From the NCBI GenBank assembly GCA_965215185.1, contig OZ244034.1, forward strand, positions 1,024,001 to 1,088,000: 64,000 nt of DNA, read 5' to 3'. The notes below the pieces were generated by a model. It did no database searches. It was not told where the DNA came from and saw only the letters and a program-made list of their open reading frames with translations. The position numbers were made by a program, and so were the translations under genes. Positions 8,299 to 17,675 of the stretch are shown in pieces; positions within the stretch are counted from its first letter, which is position 1; the number at the start of each line of letters is the position of its first letter. The DNA comes from Acidimicrobiia bacterium (lineage in GTDB: Bacteria; Actinomycetota; Acidimicrobiia; Spongiisociales; ZC4RG35).

Positions 8299-10355
8299 AA
8301 GCGCCGTAGGATCAGGCTACCTACCCGATCAGGCTCCGCGGCCCAACCCGGTGCGATGACAGTGGTCGAGTCCAACTGCTCCACTATTGCCGGGCCTGCA
8401 ATCCGGTCGCCGCGTCTCAGGTCATCTCGGTTGTACACCGGGGTCTGGACCCATCCTCCACTGTCTCCGAAGAACACCTCCCGGTTTGAATGTGGCGCAG
8501 CTTTTTCACCTGCGGGAAGTTCGGGGAGCTCCGGACGATCCAGTCGGCCGATGCCTGCCACCCGCAGGTTTACGATCTCGATTGGTTCCTCTATGTCGGG
8601 GGCATGCCCATACTCCGCTTGGTGCATTTCCCCGAACAGAAGAGGCACCTCCTCGTGCATGTCCTCTCCGTAGGGGCCCGGTAGCTGCACATTGAGTTCG
8701 TGAGTCTGTCCGACATACCTCAGGTCCATCCCGTATACAACCTTCACGCGCTGGGACTCCATCCCCTCGGCAGCCAGAAGGTTCCGGGCCCGCCCGGCCA
8801 GCACCTCGTATCCTGCGGCCACATCGTCGGGTGTGACCTCATTTCTTGCCCTGAGGAAGGTAGTCACGAAGTCATGTCGTATGTCGGTGAGCAGTAGACC
8901 CAGAGCGGAGGTCACCCCCGGGTTGGGTGGAATCAGCACGGTCGTGATGCCCATTTCGTCGGCGACTTCAGTGGCGTGTAGAGGCCCGGCGCCGCCGTAT
9001 CCGACCATGACGAACTCTCGCGGATCCCGTCCGCGCTCTACCGTTCTCTGCCGTATGGAAAACACAATGTTTGAGACGGCCAGACGCCGGATCCCGTCGG
9101 CCATCGCCACGACCTCAAGGCCCAACGGGTCGGCCACGGTTGCCACGGCGCGGTGAGCTGCATCCGCTGAGAGCGAAATAGCTCCCTGCAGCAGATAGCC
9201 GGGGTTGAGACGACGAAGAACAACGTTGGCGTCGGTCAGAGTTGGTTCGATGCCGCCGCGCTCAATGCATGCCGGTCCTGGATCGGCTCCGGCGCTTTGC
9301 GGACCCATATGGAGCATGCCACCGGAATCAAGCCATGCGATCGTGCCGCCGCCTGCCCCGATGGAATCGATCTCGATCACCGGGTACGACACGGGAGTTC
9401 CGAATTCCAATTCGAAGTCGCTACGGAGATAAGGGTTACCGTTGTGCACCAGGGAAATGTCGGTGCTTGTCCCGCCGATGTCCATTCCGATGATGTTGGT
9501 CATTGACGCCTTCGAGCCGCCGGTGATGGGCGCTGGTTCGGCGTCGGACGCCAAGCCCAGCGCCAACTGCGCCAACACTCCGGCGGCCGGACCGGACCCG
9601 ATGGTGTAGGCCGGGCGTTGGAGGGCGGCGGCAGCAGTCGCCAGACCCCCGTTTGAGAGCATCAACAGCAGGTCGTAGCTGTAACCCTGAGCTCCAAGCG
9701 CCGACTCCAGGCGTTCGAGGTACTTGCTGAGGACCGGTCCGATATACCCGCTGACCACAGTGGTGGACGTGCGCTCGAATTCACGCCACTCCGGCAGAAT
9801 GTCGGAGGACAAGTAAATCGGCAAGCCTGGAAGAGCCTTGGTAATCGCAGACCGTACCGCACGTTCGTTCTCGCCGTTGAGATATGAGTTGATGAAGCAT
9901 ATTGCCAGCGAGCTAACACCTTCCTCGACGAGAGCCCGCGCCTCTGCTACTGCTGTTTCCAGGTCAGGGGTGCGGGTCACCTCTCCGAAGGCGTTGGTTC
10001 GTTCCGGAACCTCCCGGCGCCAACGGCGTAGCACCAGTTCTGGTGGCGGATCCCATTGAAAGTCATAGAGGGCGCCCCTGGTTGTGCGGCGTATCTGGAG
10101 CACATCCCGAAATCCCTGGGTAGTCAACAGACCAGTCGGCGCGCCACCCCGCATGATGACAGCATTGGTGGTAACGGTGGTCCCATGGGCGAATTGCCGG
10201 ACATCATCCATCGATACGCCTGTTTCCGCTACGGCTGCCAGCACAGCTCGCGAGGAATCGGAGGGCGTGGAAAGAACCTTGTGAACGGTCAGCTCTCCAT
10301 TGGACAGCAGTACGAGGTCAGTGAAGGTACCACCGACATCGACGCCGATTCTCAT
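8295..10355 (-). CDS. hydantoinase/oxoprolinase subunit A (ATP-binding)
   Basis: RIGVDVGGTFTD, HGTTVTTNA, SGPAAG, DIGGTSTD, GAGGG, SAGADPGPAC. Confidence 0.93.
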   Translation of the reverse strand: MRIGVDVGGTFTDLVLLSNGELTVHKVLSTPSDSSRAVLAAVAETGVSMDDVRQFAHGTTVTTNAVIMRGGAPTGLLTTQGFRDVLQIRRTTRGALYDFQWDPPPELVLRRWRREVPERTNAFGEVTRTPDLETAVAEARALVEEGVSSLAICFINSYLNGENERAVRSAITKALPGLPIYLSSDILPEWREFERTSTTVVSGYIGPVLSKYLERLESALGAQGYSYDLLLMLSNGGLATAAAALQRPAYTIGSGPAAGVLAQLALGLASDAEPAPITGGSKASMTNIIGMDIGGTSTDISLVHNGNPYLRSDFELEFGTPVSYPVIEIDSIGAGGGTIAWLDSGGMLHMGPQSAGADPGPACIERGGIEPTLTDANVVLRRLNPGYLLQGAISLSADAAHRAVATVADPLGLEVVAMADGIRRLAVSNIVFSIRQRTVERGRDPREFVMVGYGGAGPLHATEVADEMGITTVLIPPNPGVTSALGLLLTDIRHDFVTTFLRARNEVTPDDVAAGYEVLAGRARNLLAAEGMESQRVKVVYGMDLRYVGQTHELNVQLPGPYGEDMHEEVPLLFGEMHQAEYGHAPDIEEPIEIVNLRVAGIGRLDRPELPELPAGEKAAPHSNREVFFGDSGGWVQTPVYNRDDLRRGDRIAGPAIVEQLDSTTVIAPGWAAEPDRVGSLILRRF

Positions 10356-12100
10356 TTGGTCTCTTTATTCTTCATTGATGTTCTGAGATGTTCGGTCAGC
10401 TGGATGGCTACGTCGCCCGTCTCGCTGACTACAACCCCGTATTCCCGGGCGGCGTGCTCGACAGTGACATACCCGTGCCTGACGTCATTGGCCACCAGGG
10501 CCGGATCCCGATTCAGCGGGTCGCCGTACCCGCCTCCTCCGCCGGCGAGAATGGTAACCGTGTCTCCCGCCTGGAGCGGGAACCCAACCGCCTTCAGGGT
10601 GAGGTTTTCTTCTTCGGGTGTGGCGATGTTGCGGATCAATCCATGCTTTGCCCCCGCGCTGCCGCCCAGGACGCCGGGTGGCGGATAGTGCTCTCGGTCG
10701 CCGAGACACGAGAGCCGAACATTGGCATCGACAATGCGGAAGGTTTTACGAGATCCCACCCCTCCCCGATAGCGGCCTGGGCCGCCTGAATCGGGCCAAA
10801 GCGCCCACTCCTCGAAGACAATCGGATAGCGGCGCTCGAACACCTCAACAGGAGTGATTTTTGCGCCGCCTCCATACAACGAGACCAGGCCGGGAGGTCC
10901 ATCCTTGGTGGCCCTCGCTCCGAAGCCGCCCTCGGAATACAGGTAAGCAACGAAGTCGGAATCCTGGTGCTGGCCCCCGATGGTCAGATTGATGAGGTTG
11001 TAGGGGATCCCCACCGCTTGCTCCGGCACAGCTGCGGAGAGGGCTATTAATGCGGCCCCGATCACCTTCTCATACACAGTCGCAGCCATGCTGCTGATCG
11101 CTCTTGGGGGGCGGGCGTTAACTATGGTGCCCTCCGGGGCGGTGATCTGGATTGGCTTGAACACCCCATGGTTCATCGCGATCTCCGGGAAAAGCGACTT
11201 GACGGTCACGTAGACCGCCGACGCGGTGGAGGAGAAGGTGGAGTTTGATGCCGAAAGTGATTCCGGGTCCGATTCTGTGAAGTCGAAGTGCATCGAATCT
11301 CCATCAACTGTTAGCTCTAAGGCAATCTTCTTTGGGAAAGGTCGGTCGAGTGACTCCATGTCAACGAAGTCCTCTCCTTGGTACCGGCCATCGGGAATCC
11401 GGGATATTGCGCTGCGCAGCATCCGCTCTGAATGGGCAATGGCCTCGTCCATCGCCCCGGTAACCTGCTCCCATCCGTATTTGCCTGCGATTTCCTGTAG
11501 TCTCTGCTCCCCGATCCGAGTGGATCCCACCTGAGCCCGCACGTCGCCCAGACGCTCTGACGCGATGCGCATATTGGCTTCGATCACATCAAATACTGCC
11601 AGATTCGGTTCGCCCGCTATATACAACTTCATCGGCGGGAGGCGGAGGCCCTCCTGAAAGTGTTCCCGGGCGTTGGCAACGAAGCTGCCCGGTTCTTGGC
11701 CTCCCACGTCGGCCCAGTGCCCACATACCGCTACGAAAGCCATTAGTTCGCCGCCGCTGAAGACCGGCCGCACCACGCCCACGTCGTTGAAGTGGGTGCC
11801 GCCCACGAATGGGTCGTTCATTATGAACACATCACCGGGGTTGATATTTTCACTGAACCGCTTGAGAATTCCTTGAAGAGAGAACTCAAGCAACGCTACG
11901 AATACCGCCAGGTCCCAGTCACCCTGGGCCACAAGCCGTCCGTGCCGGTCGATGACTGCTCCCCCTATATCGCGTCCCTCGGTGATGACCGGAGAGTAGG
12001 CAGAACGGAAGAGGGCAAGATTCATCTCGTTTACGATGCTCTTGAAGCCGTTGGTGATCACGGGAAGAGTTATTGGATCCACTGGAAGTCTCCTTCCCAC
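10352..12100 (-). CDS. hydantoinase B/oxoprolinase subunit B
   Basis: DPITL...EM...RSAYSP, NDPFVGGTHFND, HWADVGG..PGS, QEGLRLPP, DSGGPGRYRGG, GGGGYGDP. Confidence 0.93.
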   Translation of the reverse strand: MGRRLPVDPITLPVITNGFKSIVNEMNLALFRSAYSPVITEGRDIGGAVIDRHGRLVAQGDWDLAVFVALLEFSLQGILKRFSENINPGDVFIMNDPFVGGTHFNDVGVVRPVFSGGELMAFVAVCGHWADVGGQEPGSFVANAREHFQEGLRLPPMKLYIAGEPNLAVFDVIEANMRIASERLGDVRAQVGSTRIGEQRLQEIAGKYGWEQVTGAMDEAIAHSERMLRSAISRIPDGRYQGEDFVDMESLDRPFPKKIALELTVDGDSMHFDFTESDPESLSASNSTFSSTASAVYVTVKSLFPEIAMNHGVFKPIQITAPEGTIVNARPPRAISSMAATVYEKVIGAALIALSAAVPEQAVGIPYNLINLTIGGQHQDSDFVAYLYSEGGFGARATKDGPPGLVSLYGGGAKITPVEVFERRYPIVFEEWALWPDSGGPGRYRGGVGSRKTFRIVDANVRLSCLGDREHYPPPGVLGGSAGAKHGLIRNIATPEEENLTLKAVGFPLQAGDTVTILAGGGGGYGDPLNRDPALVANDVRHGYVTVEHAAREYGVVVSETGDVAIQLTEHLRTSMKNKETK

Positions 12101-12103
12101 CTA

Positions 12104-12140
12104 TTGAAAACCCGGAGAATAATGGGGTATAATAGTATAT
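12104..12140 (+). promoter_or_regulatory. sigma70-type promoter TTGAAA-N18-TATAAT with overlapping operator-like GTATAAtaGTATAT
   Basis: In the 62-bp divergent gap between hydantoinase B and gntR. Confidence 0.55.
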
Positions 12141-12162
12141 TGTTTCTCTCTCATGGGTTCGA

Positions 12163-12927
12163 ATGGCACGAAATGACAATCTTAAGCTCGGGCCGAAGCG
12201 AGCCAACCGTAGCAAGCCGATCCCACTTTTTCTGCAGGTTGAGCAGAATATGTGTCTGCTTATCGAAACCGGCGAGTGGAGTCCTGGATATCGTCTTCCC
12301 AGTGAGAAGGACCTCGAAGACCTCTACGGGGCCAGCCGAATAACGATTCGGCGAGCACTTAACGACTTAGCCGCCCAAGGCAAGCTCATCCGAGAGCCGG
12401 GTCGGGGAACCTTCGTCCGTGAACCTACCTTGATCGCTGAACCACGTGGGGTTACTTCCTTCACCGAGGAGATGGTCCATCTCGGACTTCGAGCCGGCGC
12501 TCGGGTTCTCTATAGCGGTCTCGAGTCTGCTGATTCGATAACCGCCAGTCGGCTGCGCCTGGAGGAAGACGAACCTGTTGTCGTTATCCACCGGCTCAGA
12601 GTTGCCGATGACAAGCCTTTGGGGATTCAGCGGACTCGGTTACCCGCACAGAGATTTCCCGGACTCCAGGATGCCGATCTGACTGACAGGTCGCTTTATG
12701 AGCATCTTGATGGTGCCTTTGGAGTGACCCCCAGCGAAGCCGACGAGACGTTCCGAGTAGGCAGAGTTGCGGGGGAAGAGGCAAGTTTGTTGGAAGTTGA
12801 GCCAGGAACGTGCGCTTTCTTGGTAGACCGACTCACATTCGACAAAGAGGGTCCATTTGAATTCGTGGAGTCTGTCATGCGTGGCGACCGTTACCGAGTC
12901 CGCCTGGGATTGCGCAGTATCAGCTAA
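12163..12927 (+). CDS. GntR/HutC (UTRA) family transcriptional regulator
   Basis: LPSEKDL...ASRITIRRAL...GRGTFV wHTH and C-terminal UTRA domain. Confidence 0.92.
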   Translation: MARNDNLKLGPKRANRSKPIPLFLQVEQNMCLLIETGEWSPGYRLPSEKDLEDLYGASRITIRRALNDLAAQGKLIREPGRGTFVREPTLIAEPRGVTSFTEEMVHLGLRAGARVLYSGLESADSITASRLRLEEDEPVVVIHRLRVADDKPLGIQRTRLPAQRFPGLQDADLTDRSLYEHLDGAFGVTPSEADETFRVGRVAGEEASLLEVEPGTCAFLVDRLTFDKEGPFEFVESVMRGDRYRVRLGLRSIS

Positions 12928-12944
12928 ACAAGGAGAAAAAGACA

Positions 12945-13706
12945 GTGAACTCGTTCTTGGAAGCCCTCGGAGGCCTGATCACCAAACTCAAAGACACCCA
13001 GGATGGCCCCATCGACGAAGCCGCTGCCCTGGGGGCCGACGCCATAGCCGGTGAGGGGTGGGTGCATTTTTTCGGAAGTGGCCACTCTGTTATTCCAGTC
13101 CATGAGGCTTTCCCGCGCTATGGCAGCTTTGTGGGGCTGTACCCACTCACGGATCCTCGACTCATGTGGTTCAACGTGCTCGGCCCGGGTGGCGTGCGCG
13201 AACTGCTATGGATGGAACGTGCCGAAGGCTATATCGACAAATACCTCAGCCACCAGCCCCTCGCTCCTGGGGATGTCCTGGTTGTGTTTTCGCACAGCGG
13301 TCGTAACAGCGCACCTGTCGAGGCCGCCATGTATGCCAGGGATCGTGGCCTGTCGGTCGTAGCTGTTACCGCGACCGCCAACCTGGCCCGACCCGCCGGA
13401 CACTCCTCCGGTAAATTCACCGCCGATTTGGCGGATGTGGTCATCGATACAGGCGCCCCGGTCGAGGACGCAGTCGTCACCCTAGCGGGCTGGGGAGTGC
13501 CGTTGGGGGGTGTGTCAACCATCCTGGCCTGCGCAGTAACTGTAGAACTGCTCACACGCATCGCGGCCAAGTTGCTGGATCGAGGGATCACTATGCCTAC
13601 CTTCGTGTCACCGACCGTCCCAGGGGGATCGGTCAAGGGCAACGATGCGGTCTTTGACGCTTTCCGAGAGCGGCTGGACCAAGCCGGTCTTCGGCCTCAG
13701 CGTTGA
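12945..13706 (+). CDS. SIS-domain sugar-phosphate isomerase-like protein
   Basis: FGSGHS, FSHSGRN..PVEAA, LADVVID motifs; SD AAGGAG. Confidence 0.85.
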   Translation: MNSFLEALGGLITKLKDTQDGPIDEAAALGADAIAGEGWVHFFGSGHSVIPVHEAFPRYGSFVGLYPLTDPRLMWFNVLGPGGVRELLWMERAEGYIDKYLSHQPLAPGDVLVVFSHSGRNSAPVEAAMYARDRGLSVVAVTATANLARPAGHSSGKFTADLADVVIDTGAPVEDAVVTLAGWGVPLGGVSTILACAVTVELLTRIAAKLLDRGITMPTFVSPTVPGGSVKGNDAVFDAFRERLDQAGLRPQR

Positions 13707-13846
13707 TTGGGGGACGGAGTCGGCCAAGGTTGAAGGTGCTGGGTGGGAATCACCAATGAAACCAACTCCCACCAGGATCCCGACATGACTTTTATGTCCC
13801 GTCCCATCCGGCGCTGGACATTTGGGTGGTGTTGTCTTACTTTGCG

Positions 13847-14968
13847 TCAGCGATGGTGGATTTCTTGACCGTCCCGCAGGGTTCGTACCGTGCGAAAGTC
13901 GGCGTCGAGCACCACGACATCGGCGATGCTGAGCGGCACCAAGTCACCGATACCAGGGCGGCCTAGCAGGCGGGCAGGTGTTTCCGTGGCGGCCCGGAGC
14001 GCGGAGACAAACGGTATTCCCAAGTCGATGGTATTGCGTACCGCTTTGTCCATGGTCAATAGGCTGCCTGCCAACGTGCCGTCAGCAAGCTGGGCGCGGG
14101 TGCCGGTGAGGTTTATCCAACGGTCGCCCAACCTGATCCGGCCCCTGCTAGGTCCCCCCGCGGCGCAGATGGCGTCGCTGATCAACGCAATTCGGTGGGG
14201 GGCGACTCGGAAGATCAGTCTCACAATCTCTGGCGCAAGGTGATGGTTGTCCACGATGACAGTCACCGCCGCCCGGTCATCCGTCAAGGCGGCTCCCGGG
14301 ATGCCCGGCGAACGGTGATGAAGGGCGCTCTGGGCGTTGAACAGGTGGGTCACCGCGGTGGCGCCAGCCGCGAAGGCTGCGTGGGCAATATCCGCCGTGG
14401 CGTTGGAATGTCCAATGGCGACCAGTTTTCCGGCTTGGCTGAATACTTTGATTGCCTCCAAGCCGCCAGGAGCCTCCGGCGCTAGGGTTACCCAGCTAAC
14501 CGTTGGATGGGCAGCTAGGGCCGCCACGCGGTCGGGGTCGGGCGCCACTATGTTGGCCGGGTCATGGGCGCCGTGCTTGTCAGGGGAGAGGAAGGGACCT
14601 TCCAGATGGACGCCCACCATCCCGGGGGTGACCTTCAACGCTTCCGTAGCTTTGGCTAGAGCGAGGGAATAGCTGTCCCACGGGAGAGTAATGAAGGTGG
14701 GTTGGAAGGTGGTTACCCCCGTGGCAGCCATTGCTGATCCCGCCTGTTGGTATCCCACCGCATCGGCCTGGGAGAAGTCCACCCCCGCAAAGCCATTTAC
14801 CTGCAGATCGATATACCCTGCCACTGCCAGGTGTCTGCTTCCGTCTGGCGGTAGTCTGACCTCGGTGATCTGCCCATCGGCGATGCTTATGTCACCGCTG
14901 ATTATTTCACCGCCGACCAGCGCCGAATCCACTCCTAGTCGCTGTTTGCTCGCAAGGGGGGTTTGCAT
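13847..14968 (-). CDS. nagA: N-acetylglucosamine-6-phosphate deacetylase
   Basis: DLQVNG, HLEGPF, TLAPE, GHS, THLFNA, ISDA, LAGS motifs. Confidence 0.92.
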   Translation of the reverse strand: MQTPLASKQRLGVDSALVGGEIISGDISIADGQITEVRLPPDGSRHLAVAGYIDLQVNGFAGVDFSQADAVGYQQAGSAMAATGVTTFQPTFITLPWDSYSLALAKATEALKVTPGMVGVHLEGPFLSPDKHGAHDPANIVAPDPDRVAALAAHPTVSWVTLAPEAPGGLEAIKVFSQAGKLVAIGHSNATADIAHAAFAAGATAVTHLFNAQSALHHRSPGIPGAALTDDRAAVTVIVDNHHLAPEIVRLIFRVAPHRIALISDAICAAGGPSRGRIRLGDRWINLTGTRAQLADGTLAGSLLTMDKAVRNTIDLGIPFVSALRAATETPARLLGRPGIGDLVPLSIADVVVLDADFRTVRTLRDGQEIHHR

Positions 14969-14992
14969 GTTTTGAAACCTTACCCTTTCTTA

Positions 14993-15015
14993 GGTGTCCT
15001 TCCCACAGAGGTGGG
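14993..15015. repeat. second exact copy of 23-bp GGTGTCCTTCCCACAGAGGTGGG (IS481-type end; first copy 1960-1982)
   Basis: Exact match read directly; flanks differ. Confidence 0.8.
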
Positions 15016-15201
15016 CATCGTTGAGCCCCATTCTGCCCCCAGTCATCAACTCACCAATCAAACCTGTAGAGCTCCCCATTCGGAATGCTTCGAAGTTGGA
15101 AACCTGAGAGGTAGGTCAGAGATTTCTTACACGGCATACAGAGTCGGCTTTTCGGATAGCGGACAGGAGGCAGAGAACCGGCTGCGTTAGAATCGCTCGG
15201 C

Positions 15202-15714
15202 GTGGACCTGCGAAGATACATCCGTGACGTTCCCGATTTCCCGAAAGAGGGCATCCTGTTTCGGGATGTAACGCCACTGCTGGGGGATCCGCCAGCGTTT
15301 CGCTACAGCATTGACCAATTGTGCGTGCACGCGGCTCGACGGGACGCTTCCGTGATCGTGGGCATCGAGGCGCGGGGGTTCCTGTTCGGGGCGGCGATGG
15401 CAGCCCGCATGGAACTGCCGTTCGTGCCGCTGCGAAAACCCGGGAAGCTGCCGGCGGCCCGCTTGTCGGTCGAGTATGCGCTGGAGTATGGCAACAGCCA
15501 ACTCGACATCCACGAGGACGCGCTGTCGGTGGGGAAGCGGACGTATATCGTCGATGATCTGATGGCGACGGGGGGAACGGCGGCCGCGGCCGCGAAGCTG
15601 GTGGAGTTGGCGGGGGGAGAGGTCGTGGGGCTGGGGTTTGTGATCGAGTTGGAGGAGTTGGGTGGGCGGGCGAAGCTTGAAGGCTACGACACTATGAGCA
15701 TTATCCGCTACTAG
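15202..15714 (+). CDS. apt: adenine phosphoribosyltransferase
   Basis: PDFPKEGILFRD, GIEARGF, RKPGKLP, LEYG, VDDLMATGGT. Confidence 0.96.
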   Translation: MDLRRYIRDVPDFPKEGILFRDVTPLLGDPPAFRYSIDQLCVHAARRDASVIVGIEARGFLFGAAMAARMELPFVPLRKPGKLPAARLSVEYALEYGNSQLDIHEDALSVGKRTYIVDDLMATGGTAAAAAKLVELAGGEVVGLGFVIELEELGGRAKLEGYDTMSIIRY

Positions 15715-15741
15715 GGGCGGCGGTATTTCTTTCCTGTCGGG

Positions 15742-17424
15742 CTAGTTCGCCCGCGCCCTCCTCCGGACTTCGCTGAGCGTGGCGTGCGGGAGCAGCGCCT
15801 CGGGGTCGACCCGCAGATCCAGCACGGCGGGTACGCCAGCGGCGAGTGCCTGCTCGAATGCCGCAGGAAAGTCTTCGGTACGCTCAATCGTTGCGCCGAA
15901 GCCACCGAAGGCCCGGGCGTAGGCGGCGAAGTCGGGGTTGACAAGGTCCGTGCCGCTGGGTCGATCCGGGTAGGTGCGCTCCTGGTGCATTCTGATGGTT
16001 GCGAACATGCCGTTGTTGATCACCAACACGATGATCGCAGCGCCGTACCGCGCCGCCGTGGCCAACTCCTGGGCGGTCATGAGAAAGTCCCCGTCGCCGG
16101 AGAGGGCAACCACCGGAGCATCGGGGCGATAGAGCTTGGCGGCCACCGCGGCCGGCACGGCGTAGCCCATCGCCCCGCTTTGGGGTCCCAACTGGGTCCC
16201 GTACTGCTTGAACCGGTAGTAGCGCTGGAGCCATAGAGCGAAGTTGCCCGCGCCGTTGGTGAATATTGACTCCGGAGGCAGTCGACCGTCCAGGTATTTC
16301 GTCACCTTCCCGAGGTCCAACCCTCCCGGCGCCGGTAGCGGCGACAGCGTCGCTTCGTAGTCGGCGCGTGCCGCCGCAGTCCAGTCCCGCCATGGCGCGG
16401 CGTCGAGGGGCGACATGGTTGAGAGAGCGGCCACCGTCTCCGGAGCCCCTGCGTGGATGCCGAGCGTGGGCCGGTAGACCCGGCCCAACTCGCCTGTGTC
16501 AGGAAGAACATGAACCAGCGTCTGGCGGGGTTGCGGCGGTTCAAGCAACGTGTAGCTACGGGTAGCGGTGTCGCCCAGGCGCGTTCCGATAGCAATGATT
16601 AGGTCGGCGTCGATGATGCGGGCGGCCAAGCTCGTGTCGAGGCCCACGCCGGCGTGACCCACATAGCATGGCGATCGGTTGTCGAGGTAGTCCTGCCGTC
16701 GGAAGGACACCGCCACCGGGAGATTGCTCCGCTCGGCCCACGACGTCAGTGCTGGTCCGCAGTCGGCGTCCCATGTTCCACCGCCGACGATCACCAGCGG
16801 CCGGTTACACCCAGCCAGTAGGGAGCGCAATTCCGCCAGATCCTGTGGGGTCGGCGCTGACCGTTCGGGAGGGGCCGCCACGGGGGAGTCGGGCACCGCA
16901 ACCTCTGCAGCCAGCACGTCCTCGGGCAGCGACACAACCACCGGCCCGGCGCGACCCGCCCGCGCCACCCGGGCGGCCTCGGCAACAACCTCGCTAAGGA
17001 GTTCCGGCCGGTCCACTTCCACTGCCCATTTCGTCAGCGGGGCGAAGAACGCCTCGAAGTTCACTTCCTGGAAGGCACCCCGTCCCCGGTGGGCGGTCGG
17101 GACCTGACCCACGAATAACAGGAGGGGAGTGCCGCTCATATCGGCATTATGTACCGCTACCGAAGCGTGCGCCGCCCCTGGGCCCCGGGTCACGAAAACC
17201 ACCCCCACATCGCCGCGTAACCGGGCGTGCGCTTCGGCCATGATCGCCGCCCCGGATTCGTGGCGGCAGACGACGGTGCGAATCGCCGGTTCGTCGCGCA
17301 GAGCGTCCAACACCGCTAAAAAACTCTCGCCGGGCACTGTGAAGACAGTGTCCACACCGTGGCGGCGGAGTTGATCGACCAGCACCCGCCCGCCGTGACG
17401 CACGGTCGGATCCGAACCCGTCAA
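15742..17424 (-). CDS. thiamine-diphosphate-dependent acetolactate-synthase-like enzyme
   Basis: VPGESFL, RHE, TRGPG, GDGDFLM...NNG TPP-binding motif. Confidence 0.9.
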   Translation of the reverse strand: MTGSDPTVRHGGRVLVDQLRRHGVDTVFTVPGESFLAVLDALRDEPAIRTVVCRHESGAAIMAEAHARLRGDVGVVFVTRGPGAAHASVAVHNADMSGTPLLLFVGQVPTAHRGRGAFQEVNFEAFFAPLTKWAVEVDRPELLSEVVAEAARVARAGRAGPVVVSLPEDVLAAEVAVPDSPVAAPPERSAPTPQDLAELRSLLAGCNRPLVIVGGGTWDADCGPALTSWAERSNLPVAVSFRRQDYLDNRSPCYVGHAGVGLDTSLAARIIDADLIIAIGTRLGDTATRSYTLLEPPQPRQTLVHVLPDTGELGRVYRPTLGIHAGAPETVAALSTMSPLDAAPWRDWTAAARADYEATLSPLPAPGGLDLGKVTKYLDGRLPPESIFTNGAGNFALWLQRYYRFKQYGTQLGPQSGAMGYAVPAAVAAKLYRPDAPVVALSGDGDFLMTAQELATAARYGAAIIVLVINNGMFATIRMHQERTYPDRPSGTDLVNPDFAAYARAFGGFGATIERTEDFPAAFEQALAAGVPAVLDLRVDPEALLPHATLSEVRRRARAN

Positions 17425-17499
17425 CCCAGTGGCTCCTCGAGGAACACCCTCGCCCGCGGGCGGATGGGCCGGTCGGCGTGGACGCGGTCGGTGTAAGGG

Positions 17500-17660
17500 A
17501 ATCTTCGCCTGCCGACGTACTCGATGGGTAGCAGCATTACCCGCACGAGGCCGACTCCTTGGTCACCGACGATTCGGCGTACACCGGCTCGCGGCCGCTC
17601 TTGCACCACTTTGTCGCCCACGAGTTTGCACATACTCTCATCGGCAAACCTCAGCAAGTT
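17500..17660 (+). pseudogene. possible zinc-metallopeptidase fragment
   Basis: LHHFVAHEFAHTLIG (HExxH) with an in-frame TAG upstream, in an intergenic gap. Confidence 0.3.
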
Positions 17661-17675
17661 CCGGGAGGAGCACTG

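Noticed and set aside
17425-17675. TPP riboswitch upstream of the TPP-dependent enzyme
   Set aside because: Conserved CTGAGA / ACCTGAT core not found on the minus strand
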